A stretch of DNA of 64,000 bases from Thermomicrobiales bacterium (GTDB lineage: Bacteria; Chloroflexota; Chloroflexia; Thermomicrobiales; UBA6265): positions 10,894 to 74,893 of the forward strand of contig JAWKPF010000019.1 in the NCBI GenBank assembly GCA_041390825.1, written 5' to 3'. Under the pieces are notes generated by a model that made no database searches, was not told where the DNA came from, and saw only the letters and a program-made list of their open reading frames with translations. Position 1 is the stretch's first letter, and every line of letters begins with the position of its first letter. This document shows positions 29,615-39,804 of this stretch, in pieces. A program made the position numbers and the translations under genes.

Positions 29615-31048
29615 TTACCTCAAGTCAGCCGGCGTGGCGAACGAACCGACCACCGCTGTTGCTGCGGCGACTGCCGGCGAAACCAGATGCGTGCGGCCGC
29701 CCTTGCCCTGTCGGCCTTCGAAGTTGCGGTTGCTGGTGGAGGCGCAGCGTTGACCCGGCGCGAGTTGGTCTGGATTCATCCCCAGGCACATCGAGCACCC
29801 GGCCGACCGCCATTCGAACCCGGCAGCGCGGAAGATGCGATCGAGCCCTTCCTTTTCTGCCTGTTCCTTGACGCGCATCGAGCCAGGAACAACGTAGGCC
29901 TGCACGCCGGTGGCAACCTGCCGCCCGTCGATGACCGATGCCGCCAGGCGGAGGTCCTCGATGCGGCTGTTCGTGCATGAGCCAAGAAACACCACATCCA
30001 CCGGAACATCCCGCATCGGTGTGCCGGGCGTCAGGTCCATGTAGGCCAGTGCGCGCTCTGCGGCGCTGCGTTGTCCCGGATCGGCAATGCGCGACGGATC
30101 GGGCACCGCTGCGTCGATAGGAACGACCTGGCCTGGGTTGGTGCCCCACGAAACGTAGGGGGCAATCCTGGCGGCGTCGAGCTCGACATAGGTGTCGAAT
30201 ACGGCATTGTCATCGGTTGGAAGCGACTGCCAGTAGTCCAGGGCTTGCTCCCAGAGCTTGCCTTTGGGCGCGTATTTCCGGCCTTCGATGTAGCTGAAGG
30301 TGGTGTCATCCGGCGCGATCATGCCAGCTTTGGCGCCAGCCTCGATCGACATATTGCAGATCGTCATCCGCCCCTCCATTGAGAGGTTGCGGATCGCCGA
30401 ACCGCGGTACTCGACCATATGACCGATGCCGCCGCCGGTGGTGATCTGGCCAATGATTGCCAGAATGATGTCTTTGGCGGTGGATCCTTCCGGCAGCTCG
30501 CCGTCGACATTGATCGACATGGTCTTGGGGCGCATCTGCGGCAGCGTCTGCGTCGCCAGCACATGTTCCACCTCGCTCGTGCCGATCCCGAACGCGAGCG
30601 CGCCAAATGCACCGTGGGTAGACGTATGGCTGTCGCCACAGACAATCGTCATGCCTGGAAGCGTCAACCCTTGCTCGGGGCCGATGACATGGACTATGCC
30701 CTGGCCCGGCGACCCCATCGGGTGCAGCAGGATGCCTGACGCCCGCGTGTTCTCGGTGAGCGTTTCGACCTGTTTCGCGGAAATGGGGTCCTTGATGGGA
30801 AGGTGGATATCGATCGTCGGCACATTGTGATCGGCCGTCGCGACGGTCAAGTCGGTGCGCCGCACATCGCGGCCGTGCATCCGCAGGCCCTCGAAGGCCT
30901 GCGGAGATGTCACTTCATGCACCAGGTGCAAATCGATGTAGAGGAGATCGGGGCCGCCGGCCTCGGTGCGAACAACGTGGGCATCCCACAGCTTGTCGCT
31001 CAGCGTCCTGCCGGACGGCTGCGTTGGAATATCGCTTTCTGCACTCAT
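29615..31048 (-). CDS. leuC: 3-isopropylmalate dehydratase large subunit
   Basis: [17 protein letters not shown]...[24 protein letters not shown]...[11 protein letters not shown]...[10 protein letters not shown]. Confidence 0.96.
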   Translation of the reverse strand: MSAESDIPTQPSGRTLSDKLWDAHVVRTEAGGPDLLYIDLHLVHEVTSPQAFEGLRMHGRDVRRTDLTVATADHNVPTIDIHLPIKDPISAKQVETLTENTRASGILLHPMGSPGQGIVHVIGPEQGLTLPGMTIVCGDSHTSTHGAFGALAFGIGTSEVEHVLATQTLPQMRPKTMSINVDGELPEGSTAKDIILAIIGQITTGGGIGHMVEYRGSAIRNLSMEGRMTICNMSIEAGAKAGMIAPDDTTFSYIEGRKYAPKGKLWEQALDYWQSLPTDDNAVFDTYVELDAARIAPYVSWGTNPGQVVPIDAAVPDPSRIADPGQRSAAERALAYMDLTPGTPMRDVPVDVVFLGSCTNSRIEDLRLAASVIDGRQVATGVQAYVVPGSMRVKEQAEKEGLDRIFRAAGFEWRSAGCSMCLGMNPDQLAPGQRCASTSNRNFEGRQGKGGRTHLVSPAVAAATAVVGSFATPADLR

Positions 31049-31057
31049 TCAGTCGAG

Positions 31058-32635
31058 CTAACTCCAGCGTGAAACGCTTGTCGTCCCGGCAAGCACCGTG
31101 GTCGATTCGCCGATTTCGATCTTGCTCATGGCGTCGATATACGCGCGCGCGCTGGCTTCGACAATGTCGGTCGCCAGTCCATGTCCGGTGTAGATGGCGT
31201 CTTGCCATTTGATGCGAACGTGAACCTGACCTTGCGCATCGTAGCCAGGCGTAACGGCCTCGACGTGGTAGTACTCGAGCGACGGCTCGAATCCTGCAGC
31301 AGCGCCGATCGCCATGAAGAGCGCGTCGACCGGGCCGTTTCCCTCGGCGTTGCCGACCAGCGTTTCGTCATTGTGCCCGAGCACGATGGAAACGGTCGTG
31401 GGTTCGCCGCTGGCGATGTCGACCTTCCATTGGCGGAGGGTGTAGACGTCGTCCTTGGTCTCTTGCTGATTGCGGACCAGCGCGACGAGGTCCGCCGCGG
31501 TGACACGCTTCTTCTTGTCGGCCAATTCGAGAAACTTCTCGTAGGCCGCCTGCATTTCTTCCTCGGACAGCTTGATACCGAGATCGTTGAGCCCGTTGCG
31601 GAACCCGGCTCGGCCAGAGTGCTTGCCCAGCACCAACCGAGTGCCTTCCCAGCCTACGTCTTCGGGATTCATGATCTCGTAGGTAGTGCGGTGCTTCAGC
31701 ATGCCGTCCTGATGGATGCCGGCTTCGTGCGCAAAGGCGTTGTCGCCCACGATCGCCTTGTTGACCTGCACCTCCAGGCCGGTTATGCCGGAGAGGCGGC
31801 GGCTAATGGGGACGATGCGGTCGGTGCGGATGTTCGTGTACGCGCCGCCAAACTGCTCGCCTCGGGTCGCCAGCGCCATGACGACTTCTTCCAGCGCGGT
31901 GTTGCCAGCGCGTTCGCCAATGCCGTTGACGGTTACCTCTGCCTGACGGGCGCCAGCCGCAATCGCTGCCAATGTGTTGGCGGTGCCCATGCCCAGATCG
32001 TTGTGACAATGGACCGAGATGATCACATCGTCGATTCCCGGCACGCGCTCCTGCAGGTAGGCCATCAGATTGGCGTATTCGGCCGGCGTGGTGTAGCCGA
32101 CCGTATCGGGCACGTTCAGCGTCGTCGCTCCCGCCTTGATAGCGGTATCGAACACCTGCACCAGGAAGTCCCAATCGGAGCGGGTCGCATCCTCGGCGGA
32201 AAACTCGACATCGCTGGTGAATGACTTGGCGAAGGCGACCATCTCGGCGATGCGCTCGATCAGCTCCTCGCGCGTCATCTTGAGCTTGTGCTCGAGATGA
32301 ATGTCGGACGAGGCGATGAAGGTATGAATACGGGCGGATTCGGCTCCCTGGATCGCCTTGGCGGCCCGCTCGATGTCGTTTCGGTTGGCGCGGGCGAGAC
32401 CGGCTACGGTGGCGCCCTTGACGCGCTCGGCGATCAGCTTGACCGCTTCGAAGTCACCGGGCGAGGCCGCCGGAAAGCCGGCTTCGATGATGTCGACGCC
32501 CAACTCGACCAGGGCGTCGGACATCTCGAGCTTCTCCTCGACCGTCATCGTCGCGCCGGGAGATTGCTCGCCGTCGCGCAAAGTGGTGTCGAAGATCCAG
32601 ATTCGTTTCCGTACATCAGGCTCCGCTGATGGCAT
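31058..32635 (-). CDS. leuA: 2-isopropylmalate synthase
   Basis: IFDTTLRDGEQSPG...HCHNDLGMGTANTLAA...GIGERAGNTALEEV plus the C-terminal LeuA dimerisation/regulatory domain. Confidence 0.96.
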   Translation of the reverse strand: MPSAEPDVRKRIWIFDTTLRDGEQSPGATMTVEEKLEMSDALVELGVDIIEAGFPAASPGDFEAVKLIAERVKGATVAGLARANRNDIERAAKAIQGAESARIHTFIASSDIHLEHKLKMTREELIERIAEMVAFAKSFTSDVEFSAEDATRSDWDFLVQVFDTAIKAGATTLNVPDTVGYTTPAEYANLMAYLQERVPGIDDVIISVHCHNDLGMGTANTLAAIAAGARQAEVTVNGIGERAGNTALEEVVMALATRGEQFGGAYTNIRTDRIVPISRRLSGITGLEVQVNKAIVGDNAFAHEAGIHQDGMLKHRTTYEIMNPEDVGWEGTRLVLGKHSGRAGFRNGLNDLGIKLSEEEMQAAYEKFLELADKKKRVTAADLVALVRNQQETKDDVYTLRQWKVDIASGEPTTVSIVLGHNDETLVGNAEGNGPVDALFMAIGAAAGFEPSLEYYHVEAVTPGYDAQGQVHVRIKWQDAIYTGHGLATDIVEASARAYIDAMSKIEIGESTTVLAGTTSVSRWS

Positions 32636-32656
32636 GTGCAGATACTCCGTTTCGGT

Positions 32657-33670
32657 CTACGAGACCGGACGATTCCCCTGCTTGAGGAAGGGCATCATCG
32701 CGCGCAGACCCTTGCCGACTTCTTCGATCTGCGAATTGGCGTGCTCTTCACGCAGCCGCAGGAAGTTGTCGCGACCAGATTCGTTTTCCGCGATCCAGGC
32801 TGCCGCCCAGTTCCCGTTCTGGATCTCGGTCAAGAGACCCCTCATCGCTTCACGCGTGCCTGCGTCGATGATCTTCGGCCCGGCGGTGTAGTCGCCATAT
32901 TCGGCCGTGTCACTGACGGAATAGCGCATGTAGGAAAGACCGCCGGTGTAGAAGAGATCGACGATCAGCTTCAGCTCGTGCAGCACCTCGAAGTAGGCAA
33001 TCTCCGGCTGATACCCGGCCTCGACCAGGGTATCGAACCCGGCCTCCACCAGCGCCGCGACACCGCCGCAAAGCACCGCCTGCTCGCCGAAGAGATCGGT
33101 CTCGGTCTCTTCCTGGAATGTCGTCTCGAGAACGCCGGCGCGCGTCGAGCCGAGGCCCTTCGCATACGCCAGCGCAGTCTCCTTTGCATGTCCTGATGGG
33201 TTCTGTTCGACAGCGATCAGCGCGGGAACGCCGATACCTTCCTGGTAGAGCTCGCGGACACGGTGTCCAGGGCTCTTGGGCGCGATCATGGCAACATCGA
33301 CATCCGCCGGCGGCTTGATGGCGCCGAAATTGATGTTGAAGCCATGCGCGAACATGAGGGTCTTGCTCGAGTCAAGATTCGGCTCGATCTCTTCACGGTA
33401 GACCTTCGCCTGGGTTTGGTCGGGGATGACGATCATGATGACGTCAGCAGCCTTGGCTGCATCTGCGACCGACATGACCTGCAATCCATCGGATTCCGCT
33501 TTGGCGCGGCTCTTGCTGCCCTCGTGCAGGCCGACGATGACATTCAGGCCCGAATCGCGCAGGTTTTGCGCATGGGCATGACCCTGGCTGCCGTAGCCGA
33601 TCACGGCGATCGTCTTGCCCGCAAGCGCATCGAGACTCGCGTCCTGGTCGTAGTAGATCGTTGCCGGCAC
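32657..33670 (-). CDS. ilvC: ketol-acid reductoisomerase
   Basis: [21 protein letters not shown]...MFAHGFNI...[10 protein letters not shown]. Confidence 0.97.
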   Translation of the reverse strand: MPATIYYDQDASLDALAGKTIAVIGYGSQGHAHAQNLRDSGLNVIVGLHEGSKSRAKAESDGLQVMSVADAAKAADVIMIVIPDQTQAKVYREEIEPNLDSSKTLMFAHGFNINFGAIKPPADVDVAMIAPKSPGHRVRELYQEGIGVPALIAVEQNPSGHAKETALAYAKGLGSTRAGVLETTFQEETETDLFGEQAVLCGGVAALVEAGFDTLVEAGYQPEIAYFEVLHELKLIVDLFYTGGLSYMRYSVSDTAEYGDYTAGPKIIDAGTREAMRGLLTEIQNGNWAAAWIAENESGRDNFLRLREEHANSQIEEVGKGLRAMMPFLKQGNRPVS

Positions 33671-33749
33671 TCCGGTTCCTTCCTTCTTGTGTCAGATCGT
33701 GTCGCGCCCGAGCACGCGCAAGGGCGCCCAATTATCGACGGTTTTCTCT

Positions 33750-34295
33750 CTAGTCGGCGACCGCTGACCCAGCATATTGATCGGCGCCCGCGAATCCCTT
33801 GCTGGTGATGTTGCCACTGCCCTTGCTCATCGCGATAGCGCCGGTGCGCGCCAGCTCACGAATACCGAAGGAACGCAACATCGTCAGGAGCGATTCGATC
33901 TGCTCCACCGTGCCGGTTGCCTCGATCATGATGGTGTTGGGACTGGCGTCCAGCACACGCGCATTGAACATCTGGGCGACCAGCAAGACCTCCTGCCGTT
34001 GTTGCGCCTTGGCGGCGACTTTCACGATCGCCATCTCATGCGCCACAACCGGTTGATCGGTCAGGTCGATGACCTTGAGCACTTCCATCAACTTGTAGAG
34101 TTGCTTGCCGGCCTGCTCGATATCCGCGTCAGTGCCGCGCAGGACGATGGTCATGCGCGAGACGCCGGGTTGCTCCGAGTGTCCGACGGTGATGGAGTCG
34201 ATATTGAACGACCGTCGCCGCAGCAGCGAGACGACTCGATTGAGCACGCCGGGATGGTCTTCCACCATCACGATCAGGGTGTGTTGCCGTTTCAT
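33750..34295 (-). CDS. ilvN: acetolactate synthase small (regulatory) subunit
   Basis: HTLIVMVEDHPGVLNRVVSLLRRRSFNIDSITVGHSEQPGVSRMTIV is the ACT domain. Confidence 0.93.
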   Translation of the reverse strand: MKRQHTLIVMVEDHPGVLNRVVSLLRRRSFNIDSITVGHSEQPGVSRMTIVLRGTDADIEQAGKQLYKLMEVLKVIDLTDQPVVAHEMAIVKVAAKAQQRQEVLLVAQMFNARVLDASPNTIMIEATGTVEQIESLLTMLRSFGIRELARTGAIAMSKGSGNITSKGFAGADQYAGSAVAD

Positions 34296-34325
34296 GCTTT
34301 GCTCCTGGCCCCGATGGGAGTTGAC

Positions 34326-36080
34326 CTAGCGGTCCTCGTATTTGTGCAACATCTCCGAATTGCTGGCGCCTTGCGGAACGATCGGCCAGACGTTCGCCTC
34401 TGGTTCGATGACGAATTCGACCACCACAGTTCCCGGAGTTTCGCGCGCCTTCTGGATCGCCGGCATCAATTCAGCGTCGGTTTCGACCCGGATGCCGGTC
34501 ACTCCATAGGCCTCTGCCAGCTTCACGAAATCCGGTCCGTTGATCTTGACTTCGGAGTAGTTCTTGCCGTGGAAGAGATCCTGCCATTGGCGGACCATCC
34601 CCAGATAGCCGTTGTTCAACACGGCGATCTTGACGTCGATACCTTCCTGCACGCAGGTTGCCAGCTCGTTCAGAGACATTTGGAAACCGCCGTCTCCGCA
34701 GATCACCCAGACTTCCTGATCCGGACAACCGAGCTTGGCGCCAATGGCAGCTGGCAGGCCATAGCCCATGGTGCCCAGGCCGCCCGAGCTGAGCCAGCGG
34801 TTCGGGTAGTCCAGACCGAGATGCTGCGCGGCCCACATTTGATGTTGACCGACGTCGGTGGAGTAGATCGCTTCTCCCTTGGTCGCCTCAGCGATTGCCT
34901 TGATGATGGTGTACGGCTCGGGGGTCGGTGGGCGATCCTCCAGCGCGGCCTCCAGCACGAAGTTCTTCTGCGACTCGATCCATGCCGTCCACTCGTCGTG
35001 GGTTCGCTCGTCGACCAGGTCGATCAGCAGATCGATGACCTCGCGGGCATCGCCCACAACCGGCACCTTGGTTGCGACGTTCTTGCCGATCTCAGCCGGA
35101 TCGATATCGACATGCACGACCTCGGCCTTGGGAGCGAATCCGGAGACCTTGCCGGTCGCGCGGTCATCGAAGCGCGCGCCGATGTTCACCAACAGATCGG
35201 CTTCTTCCAGCGCTTTATTGACTTCCCGATGTCCGTGCATCCCCATCAGACCGAGCGCCAGCGGTTTGGACTCGGGATACGATCCCTGTCCCAACAGCGT
35301 GAACGCAACCGGAATACCCGTCTTCTCCACCAGCTTGGCGAAGCCGTCCTGCGCGCCCGACAGCAGAATGCCGTGGCCGGCCATGAAGAGGGGTTTTTTC
35401 GCCCGGTTGATGGCATCGGCGGCCAGCTTGACCTGACGCATGTTCGGCGATGTGGTCGGCTGATAGCCGCGGCGATCCTTCAACTTGGCGGGCTTGTAGA
35501 TTGCCTTCGAAACGAACAGGCTCTTTGGAATATCGACGAGCACCGGTCCCGGGCGTCCCGTCTTGGCCAGGTAGAAGGCTTCCTTGATCGTAGGAGCAAT
35601 GTCCTGGATTCGCGTGACCAGATAGTTGTGTTTGGTGACTGGCAGGGTGATGCCGGTGATGTCACATTCCTGGAAAGCGTCCTTGCCGATCAGCGGTTGC
35701 ACCACCTGGCCGGTGATCGCCACAACTGGAACCGAATCGAGCTGCGCGTTCGCAAGACCGGTGACCAGGTTGGTCGCGCCCGGACCGGACGTGGCCATGC
35801 AAACGCCAACTTTCCCGGTCGTGCGCGCGTACCCGTCAGCCGCAAGCGCAGCCCACTGCTCGAAGCGGGTCAGCACATGATGAAAACCCGCTTTGGGCAA
35901 CGCGTCATACAACGGTATGACCGCACCGCCGGGATATCCGAAGACGATTTCGACGCCTTCTTCTTCCAACGCCTTGCAAACGATCTGCGCGCCGGTGAGC
36001 TCTACGGCCTCGATTTCCTCGACATGGCCGTTTGCGTGGCCAGTGGCGAGAGTTGGCAGTGTTGCTTCGATCGTTGCCAT
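34326..36080 (-). CDS. ilvB: acetolactate synthase large subunit
   Basis: GAQIVCKALEEEGVEIVFGYPGGAVIPLYDAL...SGPGATNLVTG...GLGTMGYGLPAAIGAK...GDGGFQMSLNEL are ThDP-enzyme motifs. AAGGAG SD. Confidence 0.96.
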   Translation of the reverse strand: MATIEATLPTLATGHANGHVEEIEAVELTGAQIVCKALEEEGVEIVFGYPGGAVIPLYDALPKAGFHHVLTRFEQWAALAADGYARTTGKVGVCMATSGPGATNLVTGLANAQLDSVPVVAITGQVVQPLIGKDAFQECDITGITLPVTKHNYLVTRIQDIAPTIKEAFYLAKTGRPGPVLVDIPKSLFVSKAIYKPAKLKDRRGYQPTTSPNMRQVKLAADAINRAKKPLFMAGHGILLSGAQDGFAKLVEKTGIPVAFTLLGQGSYPESKPLALGLMGMHGHREVNKALEEADLLVNIGARFDDRATGKVSGFAPKAEVVHVDIDPAEIGKNVATKVPVVGDAREVIDLLIDLVDERTHDEWTAWIESQKNFVLEAALEDRPPTPEPYTIIKAIAEATKGEAIYSTDVGQHQMWAAQHLGLDYPNRWLSSGGLGTMGYGLPAAIGAKLGCPDQEVWVICGDGGFQMSLNELATCVQEGIDVKIAVLNNGYLGMVRQWQDLFHGKNYSEVKINGPDFVKLAEAYGVTGIRVETDAELMPAIQKARETPGTVVVEFVIEPEANVWPIVPQGASNSEMLHKYEDR

Positions 36081-36125
36081 TGCGCTGCTCCTTTTCCGAA
36101 CGATTCCCGATGTGTCCGCGACGTG

Positions 36126-36157
36126 AAAACGGCCCCCCAGTTTGCTGGGAGGCCGTT
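36126..36157 (-). terminator. intrinsic terminator (attenuator) in the ilvB leader
   Basis: Minus-strand AACGGCCTCCCAG-CAAA-CTGGGGGGCCGTT followed by TT (13-bp stem with one G-U pair), about 45 nt upstream of the ilvB ATG. Confidence 0.78.
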
Positions 36158-36193
36158 CTCTCGATATTTACTTCTCTCGTTTGCTGCCGCCGT

Positions 36194-36310
36194 TCAGCGG
36201 TTCTGGCCCCCAGCACAAGACGCGCTCCCAATAATCGGGAGCGAAATAAGTACGAGGCTGGTAATCAGGTTTCGGCCAGTCACAGCAGAAATAGCTCCAT
36301 GCGCCGACAT
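36194..36310 (-). CDS. candidate ilv-leu leader peptide (38 aa)
   Basis: MSAHGAISAVTGRNLITSLVLISLPIIGSASCAGGQNR. Nine of 13 residues in LITSLVLISLPII are Leu/Ile/Val, and they use rare A/T-ending codons (ATT x4, CTT, GTA). It lies between a consensus-like promoter and the terminator. Confidence 0.5.
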   Translation of the reverse strand: MSAHGAISAVTGRNLITSLVLISLPIIGSASCAGGQNR

Positions 36311-36329
36311 GGCGCGGATACCACTCGTC

Positions 36330-36358
36330 ATGATAGGGAGCGATGCCCTCAGTGTCAA
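36330..36358 (-). promoter_or_regulatory. sigma-70-type promoter for the ilv-leu leader
   Basis: Minus-strand TTGACA, 17 nt, TATCAT. Confidence 0.6.
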
Positions 36359-36406
36359 GGAAAATTCACTGTGGATTTTGGCGGGATCGGCCGTTGCGGG
36401 AAACAC

Positions 36407-37024
36407 TCAATCCCGCGCTGGAAGCGAATCCACATTGCCAGCGGCGTAGACTGCGCGAAGTCCACCAAACAGCGTATCCACGAGCAATCGCGCGCGCGCC
36501 TCATCCAACGGTGGTTGGATGCGCCCCATTTTCAATGCCCAGGTCTGCCCTTGCAGCAACCCGGCGAACATCGAGGCTGCCAGGGTCGGATCGATCGCCG
36601 GCAACTCGCCCGACGCTGAAGCCGAGCGAAAGATCTCCTCATAGAGCTGCCAGGGATCGGAGCATCGCTCGAAGAGCATCTGTTGCTGCTGTTGGGAAAG
36701 ATGCATGCGCGAGTCGGTCAAGAGACGCCCGAGCTCAGACTGGCTATCGTCGAACACCTGCACTGCCACTCGCGTGAGTTGGTCGGCAGCGGAGCCTCCT
36801 TCGTCGATGTAGCCTCGGATTTGCCCAGAGAGGCGGCTCATGGCCATGCGCACAACAGCCAGAAAGAGGTCGTCCTTACTTTGGAAGTGGTGATAGAGCG
36901 TCGCCTTGTTCAAGGGAATCGAGTCGGCGATCTCCTGCATCGAGACGGAGACATAGCCCTGATCGACGAAGAGCGGATAGGCAGCAAGCACGATGCGTTG
37001 GCGGCTGTCGGACCCTTCGTCCAT
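36407..37024 (-). CDS. TetR/AcrR family transcriptional regulator
   Basis: RQRIVLAAYPLFVDQGYVSVSMQEIADSIPLNKATLYHHFQSKDDLF is the TetR HTH. Start trimmed to ATG 37024. It is divergent from the MFS gene. Confidence 0.88.
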   Translation of the reverse strand: MDEGSDSRQRIVLAAYPLFVDQGYVSVSMQEIADSIPLNKATLYHHFQSKDDLFLAVVRMAMSRLSGQIRGYIDEGGSAADQLTRVAVQVFDDSQSELGRLLTDSRMHLSQQQQQMLFERCSDPWQLYEEIFRSASASGELPAIDPTLAASMFAGLLQGQTWALKMGRIQPPLDEARARLLVDTLFGGLRAVYAAGNVDSLPARD

Positions 37025-37073
37025 CTCGATTTCGTGTTCTCCTGGCTCGACTTCTGAGCGACGCGGATTGCAG

Positions 37074-37102
37074 TTGACACCCCTGTTCGCAGGGAGTATA
37101 GT
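37074..37102 (+). promoter_or_regulatory. sigma-70-type promoter for the MFS transporter gene
   Basis: TTGACA (37074-37079), 17 nt, TATAGT (37097-37102). Confidence 0.55.
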
Positions 37103-37115
37103 GCGCAACCGCTTG

Positions 37116-37137
37116 ACCAACCAACCGGTTGGTTGGT
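37116..37137. promoter_or_regulatory. 22-bp perfect palindrome, probable TetR operator
   Basis: ACCAACCAACC|GGTTGGTTGGT, immediately downstream of the predicted -10, in the TetR/MFS divergent region. Confidence 0.65.
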
Positions 37138-37198
37138 GCCGATTTCCCTGCTGTCGTCAGCCCAGGTCTTGTCGCTGCTCATTCACGAGGAGTTCTCG

Positions 37199-38812
37199 AT
37201 GTCGTCTTCAACTCCCGGAGGGTCCGCCTCGAGCGCGTCGGCGATTGCCCCGCCACCACAACAGTTCACGCACCGGCAGATCCAGGTGATTCTCATTGGT
37301 CTGATGTCAGGAATGCTGTTGGCCGCGCTCGATCAAAGCATTGTCGGCACGGCACTGCCTCGCATCGTGTCGGATTTGGGCGGACTCAACCAACTCGCCT
37401 GGGTGGTGACAGCGTATCTACTCACCTCGACTGCCAGCACACCCCTGTGGGGAAAGATCTCCGACCTTTACGGACGTCGTCTGATCTTCCAGGTCACGAT
37501 CGTCATTTTTCTGATCGGATCGGCGCTTTGCGGTCTGGCGACTTCGATGCCGCAACTCATCATCTTTCGCGCCATTCAGGGAATCGGCGGTGGCGGATTG
37601 ATGGCGATCGCCTTCGCCATCATTGGAGACGTGATTCCCGCCCGCGAGCGGGGACGCTACACCGGGTATTTCGGCGCGGTTTGGGGATTCTCGAGTTTGG
37701 CAGGTCCGCTGCTTGGCGGGTGGATCACCGATCATCTCAGCTGGCGCTGGATCTTCTACATCAATCTGCCGATTGGCGTGCTCGCACTGGTGATCACGTC
37801 GATGGTGCTCAAAATGCCAGTTGTCAAGCGCGACGCCAAGATCGACTATCTGGGCGCGGCCACCATCGTTGGCGCGGTGACGTCGCTACTGCTCTATCTG
37901 AATTGGGCCGGTGAGCACTTCGGATGGCGGGATCCGTCCGCGCTTGCGTTCGTGGTGGTGGCGATTGCGTTGACGGTGGCCTTCCTCTTCGCGGAACAGC
38001 GGGCCGTCGAGCCGATCATTCCGTTGCGGCTCTTCCGCAACCCGATCTTCTCAGTGGGCAACGCGTTTGGCTTCCTGATCGGATTCGCCATCTTCGGTGG
38101 CGCGATCTATCTGCCGCTTTATCTGCAGACGGTCAAAGGAATGTCGCCGACCGAATCTGGACTTGCCATGTTGCCGATGGTTGCGGGAATGTTCAGCATG
38201 TCGATCATCTCTGGGCAACTGATCACACGAACCGGGAAATACAAGATCTATCCGATCATTGGCTCGATCATCCTCATCGCGGCCCTTTTCCTCCTGAGCA
38301 CGCTCCAGATCGACACTCCGTATTGGCACACGGCCATCTATGCGTTCATGTTCGGGATCGGGCTCGGCCTGGCGATGATGACCATCGTGACGCCCGTGCA
38401 GAACTCGGTCGATCCGCGGGACATGGGGGTGGCGACCAGCGCCACAACCTTTAGCCGTTCGCTTGGGGGCGCGATCGGCGCGGCGCTCTTCGGTGCGATC
38501 ATGGGTATTCGCCTGACGCACTATCTCTCCGAGATGCCGGACGTCGTGTCAGGATCGTTGCCGGTGGGCGAGGTCAATACCAGCGACATCTCGGCTATTC
38601 ATGCCTTGCAGGAGCCGCTCAAGACCGAGGTGCTCACCGCCTTTACGAGCGCAGTGACCGACGTCTTCCTCTATGCCATTCCGATCATCGTGGTTGCGTT
38701 GATCGTGGTGCTCTTTCTCAAGGAGATCCCACTGCGCACGACCGCTCCGATCCTTCAAGAAGCCAAAGAAGATGCTGTCATCGACGAGCTTGCGCCGATT
38801 ACCGTCCATTGA
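37199..38812 (+). CDS. MFS transporter, DHA2 (EmrB/QacA, 14-TMS) family
   Basis: [28 protein letters not shown]...[11 protein letters not shown] matches DHA2 motifs, with many TM helices. Start at ATG 37199 with GAGGAG SD. Confidence 0.9.
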   Translation: MSSSTPGGSASSASAIAPPPQQFTHRQIQVILIGLMSGMLLAALDQSIVGTALPRIVSDLGGLNQLAWVVTAYLLTSTASTPLWGKISDLYGRRLIFQVTIVIFLIGSALCGLATSMPQLIIFRAIQGIGGGGLMAIAFAIIGDVIPARERGRYTGYFGAVWGFSSLAGPLLGGWITDHLSWRWIFYINLPIGVLALVITSMVLKMPVVKRDAKIDYLGAATIVGAVTSLLLYLNWAGEHFGWRDPSALAFVVVAIALTVAFLFAEQRAVEPIIPLRLFRNPIFSVGNAFGFLIGFAIFGGAIYLPLYLQTVKGMSPTESGLAMLPMVAGMFSMSIISGQLITRTGKYKIYPIIGSIILIAALFLLSTLQIDTPYWHTAIYAFMFGIGLGLAMMTIVTPVQNSVDPRDMGVATSATTFSRSLGGAIGAALFGAIMGIRLTHYLSEMPDVVSGSLPVGEVNTSDISAIHALQEPLKTEVLTAFTSAVTDVFLYAIPIIVVALIVVLFLKEIPLRTTAPILQEAKEDAVIDELAPITVH

Positions 38813-38902
38813 TTCGGTTTGCTGCTCGGCGGTTCGCTATCCTGTAGTCATCGAAGCTGGCCGGCCACGGCCATCGCCTTGCAGCAAGAAAGTGAGCGGC
38901 AA

Positions 38903-39778
38903 ATGTCTCTTCTTCCCGGTTCCCTCGTCTCCACCACGTGGCTGGAGGAGCACCTGCTCGAGCCGAATGTGCGCGTGGTCGATATCCGCGGGTATGTGAA
39001 GACTGTCGATGCCGGAACCGGCGATGGAAAACAGGTCTCTCAGTATGTGGGAGCGCGGGACGAGTACGACATTTCCCATGTCCCCGGTGCGGTCTTTGTC
39101 GACTGGACGGCTGACATTACCGATCCCGATGATCCAGTGCCTGCCCAGATCGCCGCACCGGCACGTTTCGCGGCAGCCATGGAGGCGATTGGCATTGGCG
39201 ACGACTCTGATGTGGTGGTGGTCGATCACACGGGAGGGCATTTCGCGACGCGGCTCTGGTGGGCGCTCAACTACTACGGGCATCCGGCAGTCGCGGTCCT
39301 CGATGGCGGCATGAACAAGTGGCTGGCCGAATCCCTGCCGGTGACGGACGAAGCGCCTGAGCTTCCGTCCGCGCACTTCACTCCGAACGCCAACACTGCC
39401 TCGCGGTACATGGTCGACGATGTCATGGGCGCTATCAGCAATCCAGGCGTTCTGATCGTCGATGCCCGCGATCCAAATCAGTACTCGGGCGAGATCTACC
39501 GCGGGTCGCGCCGCGGGCATATTCCCGGTTCCGTCAATTTGAGCGCCAAGACACTGTTCACGCCGGACGGCACATGGAAGTCGGACGAGGAATTGCGCGA
39601 GATCGTCGTCCAGGCCGGCATCACCGGGGATGAGACGGTTGTCGCCTATTGCAACGGTGGCGTCACAGCTACCGCAGTGCTGTTTGCGCTCGACCGCGTC
39701 GGTCACCCCAACACCGCGAACTACGACGGATCATGGAACGAATGGGGCGAACGGCTCGACCTGCCAGTCGAGCCGTAG
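38903..39778 (+). CDS. tandem-rhodanese sulfurtransferase (thiosulfate/3-mercaptopyruvate type)
   Basis: LVSTTWLEEHLLEPNVRVVDIR...GHIPGAVFVDW...GHIPGSVNL...VVAYCNGGVTATAV (active-site Cys loop). Confidence 0.88.
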   Translation: MSLLPGSLVSTTWLEEHLLEPNVRVVDIRGYVKTVDAGTGDGKQVSQYVGARDEYDISHVPGAVFVDWTADITDPDDPVPAQIAAPARFAAAMEAIGIGDDSDVVVVDHTGGHFATRLWWALNYYGHPAVAVLDGGMNKWLAESLPVTDEAPELPSAHFTPNANTASRYMVDDVMGAISNPGVLIVDARDPNQYSGEIYRGSRRGHIPGSVNLSAKTLFTPDGTWKSDEELREIVVQAGITGDETVVAYCNGGVTATAVLFALDRVGHPNTANYDGSWNEWGERLDLPVEP

Positions 39779-39804
39779 CAGTCGGCAGCCACGCAAGCGA
39801 TCGA

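Noticed and set aside
36290-36330. T-box riboswitch in the ilvB leader, suggested by GAGTGGTATCCGCGCC, which resembles the T-box core GGGTGGTACCGCG.
   Set aside because: The motif sits at the extreme 5' end of the transcript, about 150 nt before the terminator, rather than in an antiterminator bulge next to it. It also has an extra base, and I could not find a Stem I, specifier loop or AGAGA/GNUGGA elements. The leader-peptide model explains the region better. A covariance-model scan should still be run.
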